NCBI RefSeq assembly: GCF_004010195.1 | Contig: NC_057720.1 | Location: 15,381,158 to 15,401,157 of the forward strand | Reading direction: 5' to 3' | DNA: 20,000 nt | From: Chiloscyllium plagiosum | Lineage: Eukaryota | In this document: positions 10,050 to 18,869 of the stretch, in pieces | How the letters are laid out: each line of letters starts with the position of its first letter | Numbering within the stretch: position 1 is the first letter of the stretch | Program-made: the position numbers and the translations under genes | Notes under the pieces: generated by a model | What the model was told of the DNA's origin: nothing | The model's input: only the letters and a program-made list of their open reading frames with translations | Database searches by the model: none

Positions 10050-11025
10050 GTTGATTTGGAGACGCTGGTGTTGGACTGGGGTGGACAAAGTTAAAAATCA
10101 CACAACACCCCAGGTTATAGTCCAACAGGTTTATTTGGGAGCACTAGCTTTCGGAGTGCTGCTTCTTTATCAGGTAGCTGTGGAGCAGGATCATTAGACA
10201 CAGAATTTAGAGTAAAAGATTACAGTGTCATACAACTGAGGTGATATATTGAACAAACTTAAACTGCTGTTAAGTCTTTCATCTTTTAGAGTGGTTTGCA
10301 GGTTTCGGTTCATGATTATGTAAATCCAAGGACTTCTTTTAAGTCACATTCTTGAGATAACTTAAGCTTTTTTTAAAAAAAGGTGACATCTCAGCTCAGA
10401 CAATGCTTTAAAGGTGTGAGGTTAGATCTGTCTGTATCCCAATCTTGAGTCAGACTGGATCTATTTCCGAAGTAGGAATTTATAGAAGATTACATGGAGG
10501 TTGTGTGCTTTTTGAGCAAAATAGAATGTATCTGCAAATATAATTCTGCAAATACAAATTCACCCCATAGACTTATATGTGTGTGTGTGTGTGCATGAGA
10601 GACAGTGTGAGTGTGCGTATGTGAGTGAGTGTGTGTGTGAGTATGAGTGCAAGTGAGAGAGTGTGTGTTTGCGTGAGTGCATGCTTGGTAAACTATGTGT
10701 GTGAATGTGATGAAATATAAGCCTGTGAGAGGGTGTGTGCGTGGGTGTGAATGTGGGGGTGTACGTGTGTGTGTGGATGACAAAGGGTCTGCGTGAGTGT
10801 GTGAGTATGTAAGCGTGTGTGCGTGAGAGAGTGTAGTGGGGTCACCTATAGTGTGGCATGAACCCATGGTCCCGGTTGGGGCCATCCTCCTGGGTTCTGA
10901 ACTTGGCTCTCAGCCTCTGCTTGACCACTCTGCGTGGTTGTGTATCTCAAAGACCGCTTTGGAGGATGGTCACCTGAAGATCAGAGGGTGAATGTCTCAG
11001 ATCGCTGAAGTGTTCCCTGACTGGG
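10050..11025 (-). mobile_element. 5'-truncated Penelope-like retroelement: GIY-YIG endonuclease C-terminus, (CA)-rich 3' UTR and hammerhead-bearing terminus
   Basis: Minus strand 11024-10842 reads PVREHFSDLRHSPSDLQVTILQSGL*DTQPRRVVKQRLRAKFRTQEDGPNRDHGFMPHYR*, matching the PLE C-terminal pattern (H-F...H...L.V...GLNRD). Same-strand motif CTGATAA-agaagcagcactcc-GAAA-gcta at 10141-10178. Confidence 0.88.
10577..10833. repeat. Degenerate (TG)/(GA)-rich microsatellite region within the PLE 3' UTR
   Basis: Long interrupted tgtgtg/gtgagt runs; produces the HT-repeat ORF 10490-10885. Confidence 0.9.
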
Positions 11026-12030
11026 CATCTCCAGCAGATTTTTTTTTGTTTCTCTGGAGAGTTCTTTCAAAGATCTTGCATATTGCATCTAATGGATCAG
11101 GTCTGATTGACACGATTGTCTAAGATATTTATACTTACTAATCCTAAGTTTTGTTGGAAATTATATTCCATCTAATACAAATTGAATAGAATGGTTGTAC
11201 ATGCACAGGGTACAAAGCAATGATAGCGGGGAGAACTAGTGTGATTCACAGGTAGGATGATTAAATGAAAGTGCTGCAAACTGAGTGGAGGTCTCAGTGA
11301 GTGACCCAATACATGTTTTCCAAAGAAATTATGGTGTTACAGAAGACCTCTGAAATCACAGCTCTCTCCTCTATACTTGGAGCCCAGCAGGGGAAAGACA
11401 GATAAAGGATTTCAATCCATGAATATAGCTTTGCCTCAAAGTGTTGGTCTTTGGGAATTTTTTATTTTGTTTTGAATTAAAGAGAATTGCCTGAAGGGAG
11501 TTTGTGGAGTTTAAGGGATAGCGTTCCTCTGAAGGAGAAAAGAACCTAATCTGCACAAATCTGTAACTAAAGGAGTGCAATGGAAGATTTCTTCGACGGA
11601 CTGGAAGGGGAATGTGACAGAGTAGCTCTGAGCTGCGTACCACCGATGCGAGCTAGACCTTCACATGTTAACAGTTCACAGTTAGGTGAACATTAAACCC
11701 AGTCAGTGTGGAAGGAAGAGAGGAAAATCACTACGAATTTGTTCAAAACTCAGAACAGGCATGTCTCAGGGTTTGAAAATTTGTCTGAGTATTTGGGCAG
11801 AAATAGAAAACATTACACTGTGCTCATATTTCTGCATGTTTTAGAAACTTGTATTTGAATGACAGCAATGCAGGGGGTTTAAATGCTTAGCAATCTTTCC
11901 CTAATCCCTTCTCAACATTCAGAACTAAGACAATGTGCTCAGATCACATTAAACTAAGCAAACTTGTTTTTGGATATACAAATGCACATTTCAGAGTGGA
12001 AAGGAAAATTTCTGATTCAATGAAAATAAA

Positions 12031-12062
12031 GGCTTGCATTCATATAGCGCCTTTCACAACCA
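12031..12062 (-). mobile_element. Short 3' tail of an old L2-tailed / Deu-domain-type SINE
   Basis: Minus strand gttgtgaaaggcgctatatgaatgcaagcc resembles the tail I recall for SacSINE1/AmnSINE1-type elements; only ~30 bp are recognisable. Confidence 0.45.
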
Positions 12063-12119
12063 CATGGCATTTTCTGTACTGTCTACCTCTATGACTGTAT
12101 GACTCTATCAACTCATTAG

Positions 12120-12338
12120 TCGAGAGCATGATGCTGGAAAAGCACAGCAGATCAGGCACCATCCGAGGAGCAGTCGAATCAACGTTTTGGGCATAAGCCC
12201 TTCATCAGGAATGAGAAGGTGAAGGGCTTACACCTGAAATGTTGATTCTCCTGCGCCTCGATGCTGCCTGACCTGCTGCGCTTTTCCAGCACCACACTCT
12301 CTACTCTGATCTTCAACACCTGCAGTCCTCACTTTCTC
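12120..12338. mobile_element. Fold-back (inverted pair) PLE terminal-repeat mini-element with 17-bp TSD
   Basis: Arms ~12121-12205 and ~12220-12305 are reverse-complementary. ctctatcaactcattag occurs at 12103-12119 and 12339-12355. Hammerhead motif on the minus strand at 12176-12213. Confidence 0.9.
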
Positions 12339-12604
12339 CTCTATCAACTCATTAGCCTATTTTACAATTATTGAAGGAATATTCCTGGCAGGAATGGTAT
12401 ATTGTGTGACAATTAAACTGATTTCTCAATGATATAAGTGATAAAGCGATAATTGTACTTATAAGGACAATTGAATATTGCTCTTGGGCAGTCCATGACT
12501 GGATATTCCCAAGAATGAAGAGAAGGTACAGATATAACAATAGGAGAAAGCAAATCTAAGACACAGGTATAAAGCATTTACTCTTCCATGGAATGTGAAC
12601 ATTT

Positions 12605-13392
12605 TTTATTTGATTTGATTTATTCTTTATTATTGTCACATGTACCAAGACAGAGTGAAAATTATTGTTTTGCGTGCTAACTACACAAAGCATGCCTTTC
12701 ATAAGTACATCAAGGTAGTAGAATAGAATATAGAATATATAGTGTTACAGCTACAGAGAAGGTGCAGAGAAAAATCAACTCTAATGTGAGTGATCCATTC
12801 ATAAATCTGATAATAACGGGATAGAAGCTATCTCGAATCTGTTGGTATGTGTTTTGAAACGTTTCTACCTTCTGCTCGATGGAAGAGAGTATAACCGGCG
12901 TGGTAAGGGTCTTTGATTGCGTTGGGCGAAAGTGGGTACTGCAGATGCTGGAGATTAGAGTCAAGATTAGAGTGGTGCTGGAAAAGCACAGCAGGTCAGG
13001 CAGCATCTGAAGAGCAGGAAAAACGTGTTTCGGGCAAAAGCCCTTCATCAGGAATGAGAGGCTTTGATTGCATTTGCTGCTTTCCTGAGGCAGCAGGAAG
13101 TGTAGGCAGAGTTAATGAATGGAAGGCTGGTTCATGTGATGGACTGGGCTGTGTTCACAGCTCTCTGAATTCTAACTCCCTGATTCCTCATGGGAACAGC
13201 AGTTGCCATTCCACACAGTGAGGCATTCCAATAGAATCCTTTCCATGGTGCATCTACAAGAATTGGTAAGAGTCATTACGAATATGCTGAACTTCCTTAG
13301 CCTCCTGAGGAAGTAGAGGACGCTGGTGTTCTCTCCTGTCTTCAACATGGATGGGTCAGGATAGATCATTGGTGATAATTACTGCTAGAACT
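12605..13392 (-). mobile_element. 5'-truncated Rex1/Babar-type non-LTR retrotransposon
   Basis: ORF 13172-13369 contains LYFLRRLRKFSIFVMTLTNSCRCTMERILLECLTVWNGNC, matching the Rex1/Babar RT C-terminal pattern (LYFLRRLRKF...FYRCTIESIL..CIT.WYGNC); later IRDSFYPVIIRFMN; (tcaaa)n-type tail at ~12605-12625. Confidence 0.88.
12925..13061 (-). mobile_element. Short PLE terminal fragment with hammerhead core, inserted into the Rex1 element
   Basis: Flanked by ctttgattgc(g/a)tt at 12911-12923 and 13062-13074. Minus strand attc-CTGATGA-a-gggc-tttt-gccc-GAAAC at 13027-13055. Confidence 0.88.
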
Positions 13393-13397
13393 AGCAA

Positions 13398-13795
13398 GGC
13401 TGGCTTTTGTTACCCATCTCTAATTGCCCTTGAGCTGAATGGTTTGCTAGATCGTTTTGGAGTCATCCAGCCTCATATAGGTTAGACCAGGAACGGTTGG
13501 CAGATTTTTTTTCCCTAAAGGGAAATGAGTGAACTGGATAGGACAATCACTTTACTGAAGCGAGCTTTCAATTCTCAATTTATTTGCTGAATTTAAGTTC
13601 CTCCTGGCTGCCGTGGCGGGATATGAACCCTTGGCCTCGGAGGAGTAGGCTCAGCCTCTGGATTACTAGGGGCTTATGCCCGAAACGTCGATTCTCCTGT
13701 TCCCTGGATGCTGCCTGACCTGCTGTGCTTTTCCAGCAACACATTTTCAGCTCTGGATTACTAGCCCAGTGACATTACTGTGACCACCCATTCCT
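13398..13795 (-). mobile_element. Older copy of the second tRNA-SINE family (relative of 8414-8749), interrupted by a PLE fragment
   Basis: Collinear similarity: agaccagg..ggcagattt..ccctaaagg..gaattt..gccgtggcgggatatgaaccc (B box on minus)..ctggattactag. Confidence 0.75.
13670..13750 (+). mobile_element. 81-bp PLE terminal fragment starting at hammerhead stem II, with 14-bp TSD
   Basis: gggc-ttat-gccc-GAAACGTC-gattctcctg...; ctctggattactag at 13656-13669 and 13751-13764. Confidence 0.92.
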
Positions 13796-13941
13796 CCTGC
13801 TATATGTGCAGTTCATTGGCTCTTGATGCGTTAAACATGGTGAAGAAATTCCCTGAAGGTAGGATTTAGTAAAAGCATGATAGGCCTGACCATCTAAAGC
13901 ATGGAATCACTAGGAGTTCCATTCACTTCATCTATTACCAA

Positions 13942-14110
13942 GTAAAAGCAAAATACTGTGAATGCTGGAGGTCTGAAATAAAAGGAGAAGGTGCTGGAGA
14001 AACGCAGCAGGAGAGAGAGTCTGTGGCCTCACGTTAACTCTGTTTCACAGACCTGCAAAGTTTCCCTGGCATTTTCTGGTTTTATTTCACTTTCCAACAG
14101 CCCAGTAGTT
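13942..14110. mobile_element. Old, decayed fold-back PLE terminal-repeat element
   Basis: tgctggaggtctgaaataaaaggagaaggtgctggagaaac versus gtttccctggcattttctggtttttatttcactttccaaca are imperfect reverse complements; related to 14788-14900. Confidence 0.65.
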
Positions 14111-14138
14111 ATAAGATGCGATGATAATGGAATTGTTG

Positions 14139-14342
14139 ACCAACCATAGAGGTCAATCTATATGTGTGGGCTGACTTGAAGTGAGGTACACCAATCATAG
14201 AGGTCATTCTCTACAAAAATGAAGACATGTTTCCATGCTGTACACCACTATGACTCCAAATCTATGACTATGAAATGAGATACCCATTGTGAGAGGTCAA
14301 TTTGTGCACATTACCCTGACATGAGGGGAGGTACACCCAATT
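14139..14342 (+). repeat. Degenerate ~51-bp tandem repeat (about 3 units), split by a ~42-bp CR1 tail
   Basis: AGGTCA at 14150, 14201 and 14294; gaggtacacc at 14183 and 14328; CR1-like tail tgtttccatgctgtacaccactatgactc at ~14228-14256. Confidence 0.6.
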
Positions 14343-14442
14343 GATGGAGCCTGGGTTTAAAGATATTGTCTTTCCCATCAAACCTGCTATTCATACGTAA
14401 TGCCATGTCTCAAATTGTTGATACACTGTCTTCTCAAAAGTA

Positions 14443-14626
14443 GGAAGTCACACAACACCAGGTTATATTCCAACAGATTTATTTGAAATAACAAGCTTTC
14501 GGAGCACTGCTCTTTCAACCTTCGCTCCTAAAGCTTGCCATTTCAAATAAACCTGTTGGACTATTACCCGGTGTCATGTGACCTCTGACTTTGTCCACCC
14601 CAGTCCAACACCAGCACCTCCACGTC
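14443..14626. mobile_element. Fold-back PLE terminal-repeat mini-element, same family as the 10050-10175 terminus, with ~10-bp TSD
   Basis: The left arm matches 10097-10165 and the right arm is its reverse complement, extending to tttgtccaccccagtccaacaccagc. Flanks are ctcaaaagta (14433-14442) and ctcaaatgta (14627-14636). Confidence 0.85.
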
Positions 14627-14787
14627 CTCAAATGTATATTAGACACTCATCGTAGGTCAGTGGGTGCAGTTAGCCCCTTGAATGTAATCCAGCATTCAAT
14701 GGGATCACAGCTGATCTGTGAAATAACTCCACATACTCACCTACTCCTAATATCATTTTGATTAACAAAACCTGCCAACACACAGAT

Positions 14788-15130
14788 GAGAAAAGCAAAA
14801 CGGATGCTGGAAATCTGAAACTAAAACAGAAATTGCTGGAAAATCTCAGCAGGTCTGGCAGCATTTGTAAGGAGAAAGCAGAGTTAATGTTTCTTCAGCA
14901 CTGTAGAAGGATCTTAGAGTCATAGAGTCAAAGAGCTGTACAGGACAAAAAGAGACCTCTCAGTCTATATTTCAGCTATTTGTTCAATTACATTGCTGGT
15001 AGTTAATCTCTACAGCCTTTTGCCCTAATCCTGACTTTCCCTTTTGTGTCTAGCCCTCTCTTTATCAAAGCACATTTGAATCTCTCTTCACTTCTGAAGA
15101 AGAGTCACATTGGACTCAAGTTTACTCTGG
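14788..15130. mobile_element. Decayed PLE terminal fragments in opposite orientations, with a short CR1 tail (~14915-14968, minus) between them
   Basis: gatgctggaaatctgaaactaaaacagaaattgctggaaaatctcagcaggtctggcagcat...gagttaatgtttcttcag, and CTGAAGA-a-gagtc-acattg-gactc at 15094-15117. Confidence 0.65.
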
Positions 15131-15324
15131 TGCCAATTTCCTTTCAGATCAAAGCTGGCCTGGGAGAATCTGGCATGGGAGGGCAGGTTTCAGTCTGGGC
15201 TAACAGGGTGTTTAGCCAAGAGGGTGAGATGCCCTGGGTGAGATTGAAGGCTGCTGGGAACTGGACACAGGGTTTCCACTCTGTACTGGAACTGGTTTGA
15301 TAAAAGATGAATAAAAGCCAAATT

Positions 15325-15660
15325 ATCCCTCCAAACCTCACCCTTCACAACCCCTGCCCCGTACACTCCCCATATGCGGTCCATGTCAATCTATGCCATC
15401 TCATACTATGCCACTCCATGCCCCTGTATCTGCCTCCATATCCCTTCATAAGCCTGCGCATATCCTACAACGTGCCCCTTTATCCACCCAGGGTCCTCAT
15501 ACTCCCTCTATCCACCAAATGCCCCTCTACTCAGCCCCATGATCCTCATACCCCCTTTACCACCCTATGCCCCTCAATTGACCTAATGGTCCTAATACCC
15601 CCCTATACCATCCTCAGCCCCTCTATACACCCCATGGCCCCACATACCCCCATACCATTG
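15325..15660. repeat. C-rich degenerate low-complexity repeat (cccct/ccata/atgccc units), probably part of an old interspersed repeat
   Basis: Strong C over G skew with recurring tgcccct, atacccc and ccctctat units. Confidence 0.6.
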
Positions 15661-15785
15661 AGATTTAAATGGAAGATAGATGATCACTTAAATGGCTAAC
15701 CATCAGTGAGAATATGTGAGCTCCTGGATTGTCTTAGGACCCACACCCATGAAAATTGGAAGTGATGGGCTTGGGGAGAACTGAT

Positions 15786-16078
15786 GTAGAATTCCTACAG
15801 TGTGCAAGCAGACCACTTACCCATACCAGCCCTTTGAAGAGCATTTTACCCAGACCCACCTCATCCTTGTAACGCTACCTTTCCCACGGCTAACCTTCAG
15901 ATCTGGATTGTGGGAGGAAAGCCAACAGACAGACCATCTCCAGAGGCTGGAATCAAACCCAGGTGTGGTGTAAAATTATGTCCCAATACATGTGTGAATC
16001 ATAATGTAACACATGAATCAAACCCAGGTCCCTGGTGCTGTGAGGCAGCAGTACTGGTCACTGAGCCACTGTACCGCT
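15786..16078 (-). mobile_element. Diverged, internally deleted HE1-type SINE with a 50-bp insertion at the B box
   Basis: agaattcctacagtgtg tail, tgtgggaggaaa core and ccctggtgctgtgaggcagcagtact..cactgagccactgtaccgc head. gaatcaaacccaggt is duplicated at 15950-15964 and 16015-16029. Confidence 0.85.
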
Positions 16079-17310
16079 TGAAGTTGCACTTGGGAGGTGG
16101 TGATATCCATCTTCCTCACGGACACAGTGAAAATCTGGGCCACAGCTCTTCTCTCCACAGCTGCTGCCAACCTGGTGCATGTTTTGACATCACTTTCCCT
16201 CCTTTTTACCCCCCCCCCAAACGTATGAAATGTAGCCCTCATATGGGTAACCCATGTTGGTGGTTGTCGCTTTCTGGAAAGATTGACACTGAAGACCAGA
16301 GACTTGTGTCACCTGCCAGGTTTACATCACGGTAGACGGTAACCTAAGTGAAACTTCAGGGGACAAGATTGTGGTGAATTGCCCAGTCCTTGAGGGTAAC
16401 ATTGGCAGTGCCATGCTTCTCTGTGCGGCACGTGCTTATGTCAGAGAAATGACAGGAAATTAGAAGACGCTCAGGTATTTTGAGACTAAGAATGCCTTGG
16501 AAACTAAAGTGGTAGTTCCCGAACCAAGGTTTAATTGGCTGTGAGTTGACTCTTCAGAGGGAAAACAAGATTTCATGGATAAGGAGTGGATTAAGCTGTT
16601 AGACTGGGCTCATTACTCCACAGGTCTCAATCCCGCTGAGAGTATTTGACAAGTTGAAGATAAAAAGTAAAACGCAGCTCAACCCAACGAGAATGTTGCT
16701 GCTGCAGAAGGGGCACATTGCCTGCAAAAAGATGTGCGGAAGATTTATTTTTGTAACAATAACAAAAGAGTTTGAGTGTAGCAATTCAGATCAAGCAATC
16801 ATGTTGAAAATAATGAGCGACAGTTGAAAGGATTGTATTGAGGTACTTATGCAGCTCCATTATGCATTAGGTCTAGGTAGTAGATAAAAGTGCAGTGGTC
16901 TGACAGCAGGATGACTGCACACAGTACCATCAGTCTTCATGGGTTGGACCTGAAAAAAAATAAAGTTAGAATTTGATTGCAGTCCTTCATTAAGGGCGGA
17001 GGTGAGAAGGAAATGCAACTTCCCCTGACGGCAGGGAGAGGCCAGAGAGCGTGAGGTTGGAGGTCAAAGGGCCTAGATTCCAGATGAGTGCTAGGCTAAA
17101 CCATCTCAAGTAGACAGGCAGGAGACTGTGGATGTGAGACTTCAAGCCCCCTGGGCTACCACCCCCTCGCCAACACAAGAAGGGGTCCATTGCGGGGACT
17201 ATGGCAGGTCAGATCGGCAGGAGTGCCCTGCAGGAGTCACCTTCACCCTGATTCCACTCTTCCAGAAGCAATCTTCCTTGTGCTCAAACCAAATCAACAT
17301 GTTGTAGGGG

Positions 17311-17390
17311 CCAGAAATGCTGGAGACACTCAGCAGGTCAGGCAGCGACCTTAGGGAGAGACAGAAATGGGAGTGAACTTGTCAGGCCAC
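17311..17390 (-). mobile_element. Short decayed PLE terminal fragment
   Basis: cagaaatgctggagacactcagcaggtcaggcagc, similar to 14826-14862 and 12975-13005. Confidence 0.6.
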
Positions 17391-17719
17391 CATTTGGAGA
17401 ACTGATGGGAACCTACGCGTTGCTTCGCTCAGGAGCTCTTACAGTGCAATTGGGCATTCATCTGGATAGTACCCAGGCCTTCTATTCGGCCTCAGGAAAA
17501 CAACTGGTCAAACAGAGCTTGGTAGCTGTCCCTGACCGATAGTGTCACTGGCAGTGCTGGCTGCAGGTGTAGCACTGGGGCCTTTACCAAGGATGGCCTC
17601 TGGATCCTGGGAGTCAGTCAGGTTTGGGCAGAACAGCGGTCGCAGAGATGAGGGGGCAGAGTGGAAGGGGCTTTTGGAGCCATTGGCAATATAGTGTCCT
17701 GTGTAGGTGAGCATCACTT

Positions 17720-18032
17720 GGGATGGCACAGTGGCTCAGTGGCTAGCACTGCTGCCTCACAGCACCAGGAACCTAGGTTTGATTCCAGCCTTGGGCACAT
17801 CCTCCCTGTGTCTGCATGGGCTTCCTCCGGGTGCTCTGGTTTTCTCCCAGGTCCAAAGATGTACAGGTTAGGTGAATTGGCGAAGCTAAATTGTCCATAG
17901 TGTTCAGGGATGTGTAGGTTAGGTGACTGGGAGGGGTAAATGTAGGGTAATGGGTCTGGGTGGGATACTCTTTAAAGGGCTGGTGTGGACTTGTTGGGCC
18001 GAAGGGCCTGTTTCCACACTGTAGGAATTCTA
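17720..18032 (+). mobile_element. Full-length HE1-type SINE
   Basis: gggatggcacagtggctcagtggctagcactgctgcctcacagc (A box), ggtttgattcc (B box), core, and tail ggacttgttgggccgaagggcctgtttccacactgtaggaattcta. Confidence 0.95.
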
Positions 18033-18133
18033 AAAAACACAAATACAGGCAGGCAACCGGACAGTTCCGAACATGAGCTTTTATTGCAGACAGCAAAAGG
18101 AAATGTGAACCAAATCAATAAAGGCTTCATAAG

Positions 18134-18232
18134 AGCTCTGATGAAGAGTCATCTAGACTCGAAACATTAGCCTGCTGTCTCTCCATAGACGTTGCCTGAC
18201 CCACTGTGATCTCCAGCATTTGTTGTTTTTAG
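18134..18232 (+). mobile_element. 99-bp PLE terminal fragment beginning at hammerhead stem I, with 8-bp TSD
   Basis: ttcataag at 18126-18133 and 18233-18240; the body resembles the other PLE termini (gttgcctgacccactgtgatctccagcatttg). Confidence 0.85.
18135..18171 (+). ncRNA. Minimal type I hammerhead ribozyme motif (best-preserved copy in the window)
   Basis: GCU-CUGAUGA-A-GAGUC-aucua-GACUC-GAAA-CAUU-AGC: both catalytic boxes intact, perfect 5-bp stem II, 3-bp stem I. Stem III reads ACAU instead of the palindromic ACGU, consistent with CpG decay. Activity is not shown. Confidence 0.75.
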
Positions 18233-18869
18233 TTCATAAGTGGTACCTTTTCCATTGTAAATGTTGGTGACCTCTCTATTGTTTGTTGTCACTTGGTGGG
18301 AGTTAAATGATTGGTTCATTATGCATTCTTAGCTGAGAAACCTCATGCCTATTATTCTGTTGAAATAATTGTGGTCAATTTGTAGCATTGTTTGGTTGAC
18401 ACCTTTCTCTCAGATCTATTTTGTCAATTGCACAATGTTTATTTACACAAGATAAAAGAATTGTCAAGTGTTTGTCGTTCCTACTACTAATACTTTGAAG
18501 TCTGGATGATTGACACCTTTGTAGGACTGTTGTAAAAGCAGCTATTTTAAATAAAGGAAGCTATGATGAATGATAGGGTTTTCAAACTTTTTTCACACAT
18601 GGCATTATTACTGTCAATGATATAGGTTTTTTTACGTGTATACGTTGGGTAAATATGCACAGAAATGGTTTAGTTTGGCACAGAGATTATGAGGGGTCAT
18701 TAGCATGTGTGGAAGGGCATTAGTTGACATGAAACATATGAGGGACAATGATTGGTGGGTAGAGGAGAATGGTTGGCATGGATGGGGCATGTGGCATTAT
18801 GACATTGAGTGGAGGAGTGTAGGTTAGCTTGGCAGGTTTGAGTTCCCCTTGGGAGTGGGTAACTGCGTA

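Noticed and set aside
10490..10885. 131-aa His/Thr-rich ORF
   Set aside because: Translation of a (CA)n-rich PLE UTR; low-complexity artefact.
11757..11766. p53 half-site aggcatgtct
   Set aside because: No adjacent second half-site.
12120..12338. Classical DNA-transposon MITE or pre-miRNA hairpin
   Set aside because: The arms are unequal and match ribozyme-bearing PLE termini that also occur singly, and the TSD lengths vary (8-17 bp), unlike the fixed TSDs of cut-and-paste superfamilies.
13172..13369. 65-aa ORF with protein-like sequence
   Set aside because: Decayed Rex1/Babar RT fragment with consensus-breaking substitutions and flanking frameshifts.
15307..16335. 130-aa Pro-rich ORF and 141-aa ORF
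   Set aside because: They derive from C-rich low-complexity DNA and an antisense SINE; no domain or exon structure.
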